34,285 bases of DNA from Narcine bancroftii. Taxonomy: Eukaryota. The position numbers were made by a program, and so were the translations under genes. Each line of letters begins with the position of its first letter. Positions within the stretch are counted from its first letter, which is position 1. The notes under the pieces were generated by a model. It was given only the letters and a program-made list of their open reading frames with translations, ran no database searches and was not told the origin of the DNA. The stretch is taken from NCBI RefSeq assembly GCF_036971445.1, contig NC_091477.1, positions 113,737,716 to 113,772,000 on the forward strand, given 5' to 3'. Shown piece by piece: positions 22,165 to 34,285 of this stretch.

Positions 22165-24883
22165 TTCACCACTTCCTGCAGAATTTAGGGTCTGTGGATG
22201 AAGACAGAAAACATCGATTCAGAAAAAAAATTCAAAAAATATACAGTTATTTACAAATTTAATTAATCTGGGGGTCTGGAGATCCTAGTGGAGCGCCTAA
22301 GCATCAGAGGGCCTTGGGCTCCTTGGGTCTCCTGGTCCCCTTGTGAGGGAGAAGTGGCGGGCAGGGTCGATGGTGGAGGAGGGATGCACTTTCCTCCCAA
22401 ACTGGATTCCCTAAGGCCCTGAATGGGAGTGGCAAGAATGAGCTCCATGGCTCGTAGGGCACTTGAGGCAATAGACCCTCTGTTCTGGTGGGTGCCAGGT
22501 CCCTGGTGGAGATGGTGTCCTCCCTGCCATCTAGGTACTCCACATAGGCATATGTGGGATTGGCATGGAGCAGTTTCACCCTTTCCACCAGGGGGTAGGT
22601 CTTGCTTCTCCTCGTGTGCTTCCTGAGAAGGACTGGACCAGGAGTGGTGAGCCAGATTGGGAATGTAGTTCCCAATGCCAACCTTGTCTCGAAATTGAAG
22701 AGGAGCTCGTGTGGAGTAGTGTTGGTCACTACATAGTAGTGACCGGATGGAATGGAGTGCCATAGAAAGAACTTCCTGCCAGCGTAAGTCTGGAAGGTTT
22801 CTTGACTTGAGGGCCAGTTTGACAGCCTTCCAGACCATGATGTTTTCCTTTTCAACCTGCCCATTCCCCTGGGGTTGTATCTAGCAGTCCCACTGGATGT
22901 GACACCCCTTGCCAGCAGATACTTACGTAACTCTTCACTCATAAAAGATGAGCCCTGGTCACTATGTATATAGCCAGGATACCTGAACAGGGATAAAATG
23001 GAATCTAAGGCCTTTATGACTGATGAAGTGGATGGGTCTGGACATGGGATGGTGAACAGGAAGGAGAGTACTCATCAATGACAGAGAGGAAGAAACTGTT
23101 CCCGTTCATGGAGGGGAAAGGTCCCTTAAAATCAACACTGAGCCATTTGAAGGGCCTGAATGACTTAAGCAGGTGTGCCTTTGCGGGGCGGCAGAAATGT
23201 GGCTTACACTCCGTGCAGACCTGGCAGGACTTGGTCATTTCCCCAACATCTTCCATGGAGTTGGGCCTTGAGAAAATGAGCCATGCAGGTAATCCCTGGA
23301 TGGTAGAGCTCATTATGCAGAGACCACAGGTGACCAGTGTGTGCAGAGGCACAGCTTCTTCTGGATAAGGCAGCTGGAGGGTCATTAAGGGCTCCTGACT
23401 GATAGGTAATGTCATAATTGTAGGTGGAGAGCTCGATCCTCCACCTAGCAATTTTGTCATTTTTGATTTTGCCCCTCTTGACGTCATTGAACATAAATGC
23501 GACAGAGCGCTGGTCAGTGAGGAGCATACATTTCCTTCCAGCCAGGTCGTGCTTCCAGTGCCTCACGGCTTCTACAATGGCTTGAGCTTCCTTTTGCGTG
23601 GCCTTGCAATGTCTGAGGGGAAAAAAATGCAACCGGCCTGCCCGCCTGATTAAGGGTAGTGGCCAGGGCCACGTCTGAAGCGTCGCTTTCTACCCGGAAA
23701 GGTACATTCTTGTCCACCGTGAGCATAGCGGCTTTCGCAATGTAGTTTTGGAGGTAGTTAAAAGCCATTTGGGCTTCGTCCAAGAGGGGAAAAGAAGTGG
23801 CTTTTAAGAGAGGTCGAACCTTATCAGTGTATTGAGGGATCCGTTGGGCGTAATATGAGAAAAACCCCAGGCATCTCCTCAAAGCCTTCATGGTCCTGGG
23901 AACAGGAAGCTCCAACAGGGGGCGCATCGTATCAGGGTCAGGGCCAATGAAACCATTCTCCACCACGTAGCCAAGGATAGCCAGACATTTAGTTCTGAAC
24001 ACACACTTGTTAGAGTTATAAGTGAGGTTCAGGGGTTTCACTGCATGGAGAAATCTCTGAAGGTTGGCGTCATGGTCCTCCAGGGTATGGCCACAGAGTG
24101 TGGGTAGGGGAAGTTAGCCTTCAACCCATACTCATCAACCATTCTGTCCATCTGCCACTGGAAGATAGAAACCCCGTTAGTAATACTGAAAGGGACCCTC
24201 TGGAATTGATAGAGATGACTTTTAGCCTTAAATGTCATCTAAGGATGGTCCTCGGAATGGATTGGCAGCTGGTGATAAGCAGCTTTCGAATAGACCTGAT
24301 ACTGCGCAATATCATTCACCATGTCTGCAATTCGAGGAAGGGGGGAAGCATCCAGAAGTGTGCACCAATTAATACTTTGGCTATAGTCAATTACTAGCCA
24401 GGACTTGTTTTCCCCTTTTATCACCACCTCTTGTGCTCTCCACTGGCTAGTGCTAGGTTCAATGATACCTTCATTGAGTAGACGTTGTGTCTCAGACTTT
24501 ATGAAGTCTCGATCTGCTGTGTTGTACCTCCTGCTGTACAGATCCAGCAGGTAATCATCGATGGTCTCTCCTGGCTGTTGGCGACGTAGAGCAAGTCTGT
24601 GCCTCACTAAGATCTTGTTTTGCGACTTCAGGTGCCAAGCCTTCAAAGCCTCAATGGCAGCGTCATATGTAGTGCGGTCCCTGATGACTGCGTACCCTTT
24701 CGTTCCTACCCTGGGAATGAGTGTGAACCTCCTGAGTTCATCAGTGTGGAAGAGGTCTCTCGTCACTTTCAGGTAGGCCTGGAAGCCAGTACGTGAACTC
24801 CTCAGCCACTTTGGGGGACAGAAGGTCTATTAGCAGCGTACCTGGCTTGAGCAGTGCTTTCATCGGGAATAAGCTAATAAAAT

Positions 24884-25075
24884 TGTAGTGTGAATAAAAG
24901 CTCTCATGACTGGAAGGAGAACATAGGCTTTTATTAGCTTATAACTGAGGGTAGGGTCTTACAGTGGTCTTCAGAGGGGATCAGGGTTTAGGCAGGACCA
25001 GGGTTATATATGGGTAGATGGGGGCGGAGCCTGCCATCAGTATAGCACACCACTAGTGAATCTCAGTTCAGTGCA
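24884..25075 (-). repeat. 5' LTR
   Basis: TGCACTGAAC...CACACTACA on the minus strand, with TATATAA and AATAAA. Confidence 0.93.
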
Positions 25076-25604
25076 GTGTGCTGGCTGGGAAATCCGCTGA
25101 GATTCTTCAGGCAGACCCCAACAGCAACTTTGCCTAACCCTTATCAATCTGTCATAGGCCTGCTTTCCCCTGCCTCCAACTAAGATGACGATGACTCATG
25201 TTAAATGCTGAGGAGTTGGGGGGGGCGGGGCGGTGTGCAGGGGGAAGAGAGGAGAAAGAGATTTCAGGTCTGAAACCACATTGTGGAGAGCGCCAGATGT
25301 AGCAAACCTACTCATTCGCGCAGAGGATTTGGCTAACCTCTGAAATTCTGCGACCAGGTTGAATTGTACCATGTTGAGATAAATTAATCAAAGGAACAAA
25401 AAAAAAGGTTTGTTGTAAGATTATACAAACAAAAGGGCAGAGAAGTTTATTGAGTTTTGGTAACCTTTGCAAGCTTTTAATATCACTTGATGGCTACCTA
25501 AAGCTCTACAGTCTAGCTTTCTCTCTGTAACTGTGCTTAATGCCAGCCCAGGAACTTCTGCTCACCACTGCATAACACTTTCTGGATCAATTCAGTCGAA
25601 AGAG

Positions 25605-25772
25605 GCAGGTGCTGGAATCTGAGGCAACAAGGAACTCAGCAGGTCAAGCAGTAGGATAAAAAGCAATGTTAATGACTGGGGCTGGACATTTGATGCCAAT
25701 GTTTCAGTCTGGATGAAAGGATCCCAGCCCAAAACATTGATCGCTCTGGCCCGCTGACTTCCTCGAGCAGGT
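25605..25772. mobile_element. Inverted pair of Penelope-like pLTR fragments
   Basis: gcaggtgctggaatctg..ggaactcagcaggtca (minus pLTR), then ggatgaaagg..cccaaaacattga..ccgctgacttcctc (plus pLTR). Confidence 0.55.
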
Positions 25773-26404
25773 TATCAGCAACAAGATTGCTGGCCACGGA
25801 ACAACAACTGGCACGGATAGGAATCTGAAGCAGTGAGGGGAAAAATTAATAAGGACTCTCCTCCATCTGCCCTACTCCACCAGTTTTAACCACGAAGACT
25901 GGAAGGTCGCGGGAGAAGCACAGTAGTGGTTAAGTTTGTTGCTCAGCCTTCCTCCCCATGTCTCAAGGTGAAGCAGCTAAAGAGTCTATTGATCCACATG
26001 GCAGTGACATAGGCTGTAATAGGTATCTCTTGGTTAATAAGATACCACTCTCCTCATTGATTTTCTTTGCAAAAGGTACTGCAGTCCTGCAGGAACCCCT
26101 GTGAAAAATGATTATTTATTCTGGATTTAGCCATGATTTCTCAAGCAGTGCCCTGAAATTAAAGATTTATGGCAAATTCCATCATTCTGTGTGCATGCCA
26201 TTGCCGCAGCATTTCTGTGTATGGATGTGAGATGGATCTTAATCCAGTATTCCAGTGGGATGACTGAGCACATAAGTAAAATGATTGGGAAGGTGGTAGC
26301 AACATATTAAATACTGTAAATTGAAATTTCTACTGAATAATTCCAAATGTCTCAGCAAATTACTAGAGAAATCCAACAATGCCATATGGAAATGGAAGCT
26401 CTTC

Positions 26405-26975
26405 GTCACAAAGCTGTATAGCAAGGAAACAGGCCATTCAGCCCAACTTCTCCTTGCTAACCAAGTTGCCTACATTCTGCCTATCTTTCTGAACTTAATC
26501 ACGTACTTGTCTAAATGTATTTTTAACATTGTAATGTACCCATTGCTGCCTCTCCCTCTGCAGCCTGTTCCCACTCTCCTCTGTGGGGAAATAGTTGCCG
26601 CTCAGGTCGCCTTTAAGTTGTTCACTTCTCGCCTTGAATCTGTGCCCTCTTGTTTTACTCCCCTGGGTAAATAACTATGACCATTCGCCTTGTAGAACAC
26701 TGAACGCTACAGCAGTATGCGGTCCTTTCAGCCCACGATGTTTTGGCAATCTATGAAAACCTACTCCGCAATAATCTAATTTTTCCTGACCTCACTCTCG
26801 TAACCCTCTGTTTTTTTTTCTTATCTATGAACTTGAATGATGTTTTCATGATTTTAGGTAGCTCTACAAGGTGATCACTCAATCACTTGTGCTCCAAGGA
26901 GCAAAATCCCAGCCTGTCCTATTTCTCCTTATAATTCAAGCCATCTAGTCGCAGTAAAATCCTTGTCAGTGCTTG
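26405..26975 (-). mobile_element. CR1-like LINE 3' fragment with a second CR1 tail nested at ~26692-26815
   Basis: gcaaggaaacaggccattcagccc tail; ctccaaggagcaaaatcccagcctgtcc..tctccttata RT C-terminal region. Confidence 0.7.
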
Positions 26976-27012
26976 ACTCATACCCTTGAATCACAATTTT
27001 TGAAATAATATT

Positions 27013-27660
27013 TTGTTCAATGAGCACAGTGCAAGGACAAGGCCTTCTGCACTCCAAATTAAACTAAGACTCTTTGGCCTGCATGCGATCCATATCCCTC
27101 CATTCTCTGAAGTCCATCTAAAAGCCTCAAATGTTCCTATTGTAACTGTTTCTACCATTAGTCCTGGCAGCATATTCCATGCTCTCTCTGTGTAAACAAC
27201 TTGCCCCACACTTCCTTTAAGCTGCCCCTTTTGAATCTTAAACACATCTCCTTTGGTGTTTGACAATTACACCCTGGCACAAAGATTCTGATTGTTTACC
27301 TATTCCATGCCTCTCGTCATCATGTACACTTCTATCAGGTCTCCCCTCAGCGTCCAATGCTCCAGAGAAAACAACCCAAGTTTGTCAAACCTTTTCTCAT
27401 CACTCGGACTCACTAATCTTTATCTGTAGGCTTTCATACACTTTCACATCCTTTCTGGACTGGGGCAACCTGCTCTGCACATAAGTGTGGCCGAACCAAT
27501 GTTTTCCATAGCTGTGGCACGACTTCCTTCCTCCTGTCCTCAGCGCCCTTCCCAATTAAAGGAAGCATGCCACCCATCTCTTCACTAGTTTATCTACTTG
27601 TGTGGACACGTTCAGGAACTTGAAACCCCAAATCCTCCTTCACACGAATATTGTTCAGGG
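27013..27660 (-). mobile_element. CR1-like LINE 3' fragment
   Basis: SNTKGDVFKIQKGQLKGSV..TERAWNMLPGLMVE resembles the CR1 TRGH..FFTQRVV..WN.LP motif; upstream LGLFSLE..LRGDLIEVY. Confidence 0.85.
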
Positions 27661-27796
27661 TCTTTGATTCGAATTAGTTATTGTCATGTGTACTAATATA
27701 CAGTGAAGAGCTTCGTTTTGCATTCTATACAGGCAATTTCTAAAAAGGCTCCAGTTCCAGTATTTTGGATCCCCTAAAGAATTCAGAATTCACAGA

Positions 27797-28030
27797 GCAG
27801 CACAGTTAGCGCTTGGCGCAACACTGTTACAGAGCCAGCGACTGGCATTCGAACCTGGCGCTGTCAGTAAGGAGTTTGTACGTTCTCCCCATGTCTGCGT
27901 GGGTTTCCTCTGGGTGCTCCAGTTTCCTCCCTCTGTTCAAAATGTGTACTGGGGTTGTAGATCAATTGGGTGTAATTGGGCAGCAAGTGGTTGTGCACTG
28001 AAAGGGCCTGTTATAGTGATGTATGCCTTT
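27797..28030 (+). mobile_element. HE1/V-SINE-like SINE
   Basis: gcagcacagttagcg..ttcgaacc..ggagtttgtacgttctccccatgtctgcgtgggtttcctctgggtgctccagtttcctccc. Confidence 0.85.
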
Positions 28031-28884
28031 TTTTTAAAAATGTAATGCGATTAGTCATGATAATGGAAACATTTAACTTCATTTAATATGAGTATTAACA
28101 TAAGCATAATATGCAATTAAATTTTAAAATTTAAATTAAAAAAACTGTATGGCTCTTCCTTACATTTGACCTTCCAAAGTTCAATAGTACTCACACTTGC
28201 TCAGATTAAAATCCAATCTGCTATATTGACAGGAACAGCAATGAAATCAGTTCTTATTACCATATAATGAGGCTGTAATGTTGAGGGAGTTGCTGAAATG
28301 CTCTCTTTCTACGTGAATAATCTAACCGCTGGGGAAAGCCACTGCCTTGGAATGTGGTGCAATACACAAGAGCGCTGAAGCCTTTTTATAGTGAAGAAAT
28401 AAGTGGGTGTGAAGGTGGATATTCTCCGCTCTTACATCGCTAAACTTACTTTCAGCACGCGGACTCCGATCCATCCTGAGGCTTCAGTCAGAGATGGAGC
28501 GCAGTTGCTCCACCTCATCCGTAAATGCTGCAAGCGGCTGTAAAGGAGTGGGCTGATGACATTTAAAAACCCCGTATACGCGCATGGCAGGTACATTCAT
28601 ATCAGCGGTCCTAGAATTGCTTGCACACATCTCAACCGTCGTTCTTAGCTGCTCTTCAGTTTTCTGGTTATAGGCCGCTTTCTCTCTTGGCACGTATATG
28701 TGACGCCATGTTGACAGGCGGCGCTAAGGCACCAGCCGCCCTGCTTCCCTCAGCTCTGGAGGACGCCACCCGGCGCCGCTCTCTACGAAAGCAGTGCTGG
28801 AACAGTCTTTTAGGCCTTCTTCATAAAAAGGTAAGTCCACTTTTTTTCCCTAATTGAGTCGGCCTCAATGCGGCATCGCTCCAT

Positions 28885-28965
28885 AAAAACAGTTATGCTG
28901 GAGACACTCAGCAGGTCATGCAGCATCTATGGGAAGCAAAAGGTAACCAACTTTTTGAGTCTGAC
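28885..28965 (-). mobile_element. Penelope-like pLTR fragment
   Basis: atgctggagacactcagcaggtcatgcagcatctatgg is the reverse complement of the 19580-19620 tail. Confidence 0.7.
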
Positions 28966-29193
28966 TACTTGCTGACTATTACATAAGATGAGAAGCGACA
29001 CCCTAGCTGAGAAATCATTTGTTTGAGCGTGAATCTGCAATAACATAGTCACTGTTATCACTTCGACCAGCTTTCACTTAACTTAGATCAAATGCTCATG
29101 ACACCACACCATTGTGGCTCTTCATCCTTTTCTTTGTTAGACAATGATAATAGTTTATTAATGTACAATACTGTATACGCTATACAATGTACA

Positions 29194-29482
29194 TGTTATG
29201 ATGCAGCAAGCAAACACAAAACACGAGGAAAGACTACTACAGGCTTTAACCGACTTAAACTCTGTACCCACGAGTTGTAATATCCACATGTGCCCGACTG
29301 TCCTCTGCTGGATCCATGTGTCTAACTGACCCGGGAGGGGCCGGCTCGAGTCTAAATACAGGTTGGTGATTGACAGCCAGCCAGGTGGGGCCAGTCTCCA
29401 GGTTGCCTTCCTGCAGGTTCTGTGGTTGCCCCCTGCAGTAGGCTGGTGGGAGAGCGGCCAGTGTTGTGGTTGTATCACCGCA
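29194..29482 (-). mobile_element. Possible solo LTR
   Basis: TG...CA termini, GC-rich body, tatttaga and ttaaagcc signals in LTR-like order on the minus strand; no TSD found. Confidence 0.4.
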
Positions 29483-32454
29483 CGTGTGCACCAAAATTCT
29501 TGCTGTAAACAGGTACTTTATGTTTAAAAAAAAAACAACTAAAATTGGCTACTTAATATAAGTAAAATTAATTAATACAAAATAAGGTAATACATATTCA
29601 TAGTTATCCTTGTGCAAAAATAGGTGACTTTTAAATCGTGCAGAAAAATGGTGTCCCGAGTGGTTCTGCTGTGTAATGGCAGCACTCCCACTGGTGCAGA
29701 TCAAGGAGATTGCAGATGGAGGAATCAAGAGCAAAGAACAAAGCTTCTCCAGCTCTTCTGTGAATTTCAAACTTCTGAGCAGTAACTTTGGCGGGGGGGG
29801 TGGGGGGAACTATCCCAACTTGAAGCATCGATAATATTCCCCCCCCCTTCCCCCCTCCCCCCCCCCCCCCACACCAGCAGATGCTGGATGGGATGCTGGA
29901 GATTGGCTTGTGGGACTGGGTTTCATGAGGGTGCCATTGGTGAGCAGGGCCTTGGGAACTGATGGCTTCTTAATCACACCAGGAGCTTGGAGCCAGGGTC
30001 CGAGGAGGGTGACTTGGAAACTTTGAGCTGAACTTCACCGGTGGCATGTGCGGCAAAGGAGCCACGGGAGTGCCGGGGGTGGCAGGATTCATGGAGACTC
30101 TGTTTCTGAAGGAACCTCTCCTTGGCTTCTCTTTCTCATCTTGATAGTGGAGGTGGACGAGATGTGCCTCTTTGTCTATCTTTACAGGGCAAAATGAAAA
30201 CAAATATTTTGTGTTTTGTGGCTATGACAATAAGAGAATCCTGAATTTTTGATGTATGCAGTCAAAGGTAACAATTAATTTAAATGTTGGCATTTTGAAC
30301 AAAATGATACATTTTTGTTCAATTTGAAATACACCGGATTGATGTATAACAGACCTTCATGTATGTGAAGAAAAATCATTTCATTTGAGAGATCTAAAAT
30401 TGATGGGGGATGGCAGGAAGTTAGTGAGATACATGACCAGTATGGAGCAATGTTACAAAACCTTGCTAAAAGGCACGAGTTTCATGCAATTACACTTGAA
30501 GTACAGTGAGGCAGACTTGTGTTTGGAATAGCAAACTCTTGTGTATGAGAAAGATTGTCTCCAGGAACTAACCTGACATAGAAAATAGATAATATTTGTC
30601 ATATGTCAGAAAGCATAGAGGCCAAACTTAACGCTATCCGTCAGTCAACAAGGCCAAAGGTGAGAGTAGATGTAAACCCCAGGAAATGTCTGTGGACAGC
30701 ACAGAAAGCTTGAATCAGGGCCCTGGAAACTTATGGATGTGACAGCTTTAGAACTGCAGGAGGAAGAATGAGTTCCCAAAGAGGACATTGTATCCTCCTT
30801 TTGGTAAAAGGCACAAGGAGTCAGAAACTCTGTTTTCCCTCCCCCACCCTCACACAATCACCCACACACGTGACTGACAGTCCGAACAATTAATGGGATA
30901 CTAGGAAGAATTTGTTGTCAATGCGATCAATGACTTGAATGATGACAAGCGTGTTGCACTTAGAGGCAGGAAGCTAACTGAAATTTGAAAAAGTGTTGTT
31001 CCATTTCATTTATACAGGAAAAACAATCCAAAATGTTAACGTTTTGAGGGAATAACATTTAAGTAATGATTACTGATTTTGGTGGAGCATGTCTTTTTCA
31101 GCACAGTGAATATAAATTGAATGGTAAACTTGTGAATAGCGTGGCTTTTAGGTTTCGGCTGAGTGAAAAGACAGGTTAGAGAATGGATAGTATCACGAAA
31201 TAGTAAATAATGCTGCATAACTAATAATGTGCCATCTACAGAAAGGCATCAACTGGGTCATGACTAATGCATGTAATAACTATCAACCAGTCACCAAGCA
31301 ATACTTAACATAGAAATATACTCGAGTGTCTAGTGATGGACTTGGGCAACTTGAAGGCCAATATTAAAGAAAGTTCGATAAAATAATAGATCTGGTGTAA
31401 CATGTTTCTCCTTCCCCACCCTCACTCCATTGGCCAGTGCTCCAATGAACTAAGATGAAAATGCTGGATTGTCTGGTCCGCTACCATGACTGGTTCCAAT
31501 AATAACATCAATGCCTTAGATTAGTTCAATGGTGGTGATATCTATTAACCTAAGATATGGGAAAAAGAGGAGGCTAATCTGCTCCTTGTGGCTGCTCCAG
31601 TGGTTGAGTAGTTCGTGGCCGATGTGACTTTCCTGCACTAACCCTTTATAGGGACAGAACATATAAGAAGGATGAATCATGGCATAAATGTTTAGGTTCC
31701 CTGATACTTGGCCCAAACAGTTACAAGAGAGCCCTGCCATTGTTATATGATGCCAATGGTTTCATAATTCTAGATGTTCAAACTGTTTTGGCTTCAACGA
31801 ACAAACCTGCTTTGACTGTGATTACTTCTGAATGTTACCAACTCAAATGATTAACTTTAAGAAAAGCTGTTGAAACCTGGAAAGCCTGAGGTCACTGTAC
31901 GGGTGGTTAAAATCAACAGTCATTACATATGATACATCTTGTGCTGGTCAATAGTTCTTGCAGGAAAATGCGGACTAAGGCTATGCCTAAGCTAATTAAA
32001 ACATGCTCAGTAATTAACTTTGATTGATTAAACAGGGCTAAAATCCTGGTCATAATTAATATAATTAAGTGAAGTGAATACTCTCGAGTACTCCTTTTCC
32101 CAGCATGCACTTGACATCTATACATTTAGTTCAGAATAACAAATAAAAAAGGAAACAGATATTTGGGGAAATACTCAGACAGCTTGAGATTGAGATTTAA
32201 AGCCCATAGCAAGTTTTTGTGTATCTCTGAATCATTCATTCATTTTACATTTTGAATATTTGTTAATCCATGTAACAAAGTGACACAGAAATCTATGTGT
32301 TTGAAGCTGTACCAGTCTCCGCATTCTCGACTTCCACTGCTTTCTTTGCTCCCAGCGCTTCAAGGTGAGAACTTGCCATCAGCTGTTCAGGACGAATGGG
32401 AATGCCAATAGATCTAGTGGTGACCGTTCCAGCAGGCCCTGGGAACAGATGGTC

Positions 32455-32980
32455 AGACCCCACTCTCAGTATCTTTAGGCTGCTCCCATCGGGAAAGTGA
32501 TACAGGAGTATCTGAGGCTGAGGAACATCTTCTTCCCATGGGTAGTGAGAATGCTGAACGACCTTTCTGAGCTGCTCACACTAACCATCCAGGACTCGTA
32601 TTACAAAACATTTCTAATTTATTTATTTGGATATATAAATACTTGTCCTGCATGTGTATTGTTTGTCAGTAAATGTGTTGTGTCTGGTTATGTGTGCAGG
32701 TTTTGTACCAAGGACCGGAGAACGCTGTTTCTTTAGGTTGTACTTGTGCAATCAGATGATACAGTAATCCTCCTGGTATCTAGCTCCTATGGGGATTGGT
32801 AGATGCCAGAGAATTTCCGGTTGCTTGAGATTGCATGTTGCGTGGATTAGCCAACTAATGGTGAGGGGTGCCAATTTTAAACTTCCCTATTTTGTAACCG
32901 ATTTATTTTGCATGATTTTTTTTTTCGCTGGTTGCTTGAATTCCGGATAACAAAGGTTTTACTATAATCAACTTGTCTTG
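32455..32980 (+). mobile_element. Rex/Babar-type LINE 3' fragment
   Basis: ctgctcccatcgggaaag..RLRNIFFPWVVRMLN..ggaccggagaac..gtgcaatcagatga; homologous to 420-1257. Confidence 0.85.
32762..32964. mobile_element. Tigger-like MITE inserted in the LINE tail
   Basis: ta|CAGTAA...TTTTACTA|ta; body matches 17730-17949. Confidence 0.8.
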
Positions 32981-33583
32981 CAATCTACCCGCTGCTCAAA
33001 TATGAATCTGCTAAAACTTGGCTTTGGGTGAATACATTGGATTTACCTGGTGAATGTCACACCACACTTTAATTCAGTTTAATTCCCAATCCAAATGACA
33101 CAGGACTTTGTTCTAAGTACTCTCTCAGACAACTAATGCATGTAATTCTTGCAGTCTTAATGATCGGCGCTGACCCTGCAGTTCAATACTCGATGTGGTT
33201 TAATGGATTCATCCCTGAGAACAGAGCCAGGGTTGCAGTTGTATAGCTTATGTCCATTAATTTCAGTGAGGCTGCAACACCATTTTTACATTGGCTGGTC
33301 ATTGTGACACAGCCTCTCTCTTTCCCTACCCCTCTGTCTCCCTTCCTCCAGTTCTCCACCCCTTGCTGAGTTCAAATACTGTCCTGGGCAAGTTGCTGTC
33401 TGGGTAGCAGGCAGATAGTCCTGCTCACATTGTGACCAGGATTGTGGGACTGTCCTGCACAAATTAATGGAGTGGAATCTTCTCTGGTTTTGGAAAAAGG
33501 CAGAGTCGAGAAGTGACGTCCACGAACGACATCTGCTACCGATGGTTCCTTGCACCAATGTGAAGCTTGAACACTGGGAAAAG

Positions 33584-33588
<5 letters not shown>

Positions 33589-33636
<48 letters not shown>

Positions 33637-33657
33637 TCTCTTTCTCTCTCTCTCTCT
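33589..33657. repeat. (CT)n microsatellite, imperfect
   Basis: Directly visible. Confidence 0.95.
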
Positions 33658-34285
33658 ATCCAAACATTTCCAGAATCTTGACAATATTCTGATGAGCTCT
33701 TATTTGGGCAGAGAGACTTTTGTTACAGCAGACGAAGTTATCTAATGCAGGTCGATATGGTGGAATGATAAAGTCTTTATCAGAAACATTACCAACACAG
33801 CCATTCAAATCAGTGATGTAAACAATACATCTGTACCAGTAAAGCTAAGTTACCTTCACCACAACTTCATATTTATCCTCACTGTAGGAAATTATCTGCG
33901 ATCTAGTCTTCAAGAGTTGGGTCATCTACAAATCACTAGGAATTTCAGAGGATTTTTTTTTGCAAATGTTTTATGTCATGTTGATGTCTTGCATGCATGT
34001 GCCTGCTTTACATATAAATGCCCCATCCTTCCCAAGATTAATTGGATTGGTGTGACGTTGTAGGTTATCATGTCAGATTAGACTCCAGGTGGCCATTTAT
34101 TTTATCTCCAGCAGGATGGAAGCACAGTGAACTGGAGTTGTCACAGTAGAATCATTTAAAATCTCTCCGAGAAACTATCGGCTGTCCGTTGTCCTCCACG
34201 TCAGAAATAAGTGACAGGTGAAAGTGGCAATGAATGGAAAGGTGTTCTCATCAGGCAGGTGGTTGAAGGGAGATGCAGTAATGTT

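Larger units (their letters stand above)
21971..25075 (-). mobile_element. Gypsy LTR retrotransposon with both LTRs, internally deleted and decayed
   Basis: LTRs 24884-25075 and 21971-22164 (~90% identical by eye); TSD gtctg/gtgtg; gag ATG at 24863; LVIDYSQSIN, VESDASDVAL, QKEAQAIVEAV, SVDFKGP, IHSDQGSSFMS; PPT-like ggaagtggtgaa. Confidence 0.95.

Noticed and set aside
28450-28470. REST/RE1-like site ttcagcacgcggactcc
   Set aside because: Half-site spacing one base short and right half degenerate
32340-32370. 9-nt micro-exon (cccag|CGCTTCAAG|gtgaga)
   Set aside because: Motif can arise by chance; no host gene context
33286-33745. ORFs across the CT repeat
   Set aside because: Low complexity; no recognisable protein
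1-34285. CRISPR array or prokaryotic system
   Set aside because: No repeat-spacer array or operon; the sequence is eukaryotic

Overview
Repeat-dense, largely non-coding vertebrate DNA. The repeat repertoire (HE1/V-SINE-like SINEs, CR1, L1, Rex/Babar and RTE LINE tails, Penelope-like elements, Gypsy elements) suggests a cartilaginous fish; this is inference. No intact host protein-coding gene is recognisable. The highlight is an LTR retroelement at ~2490-6038 with LTRs, a tRNA-Leu-type PBS, a PPT, gag and protease. Its RT/RNase H/integrase region is replaced by intronless coiled-coil fragments of two unrelated host genes, liprin-alpha (PPFIA2-like) and the nuclear-basket protein TPR. The first liprin fragment joins the pol frame in-frame. 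Two other decayed Gypsy elements (13562-16786 +, 21971-25075 -) lack a tRNA PBS and instead carry a 14-bp leader complementary to their own LTR AATAAA region, with compensatory changes between the two families. Also present: Penelope remnants with hammerhead-ribozyme-like cores, hAT and Tigger-like MITEs, an unclassified repeat and microsatellites. Protein identifications come from my recollection of family sequences, not from database searches.
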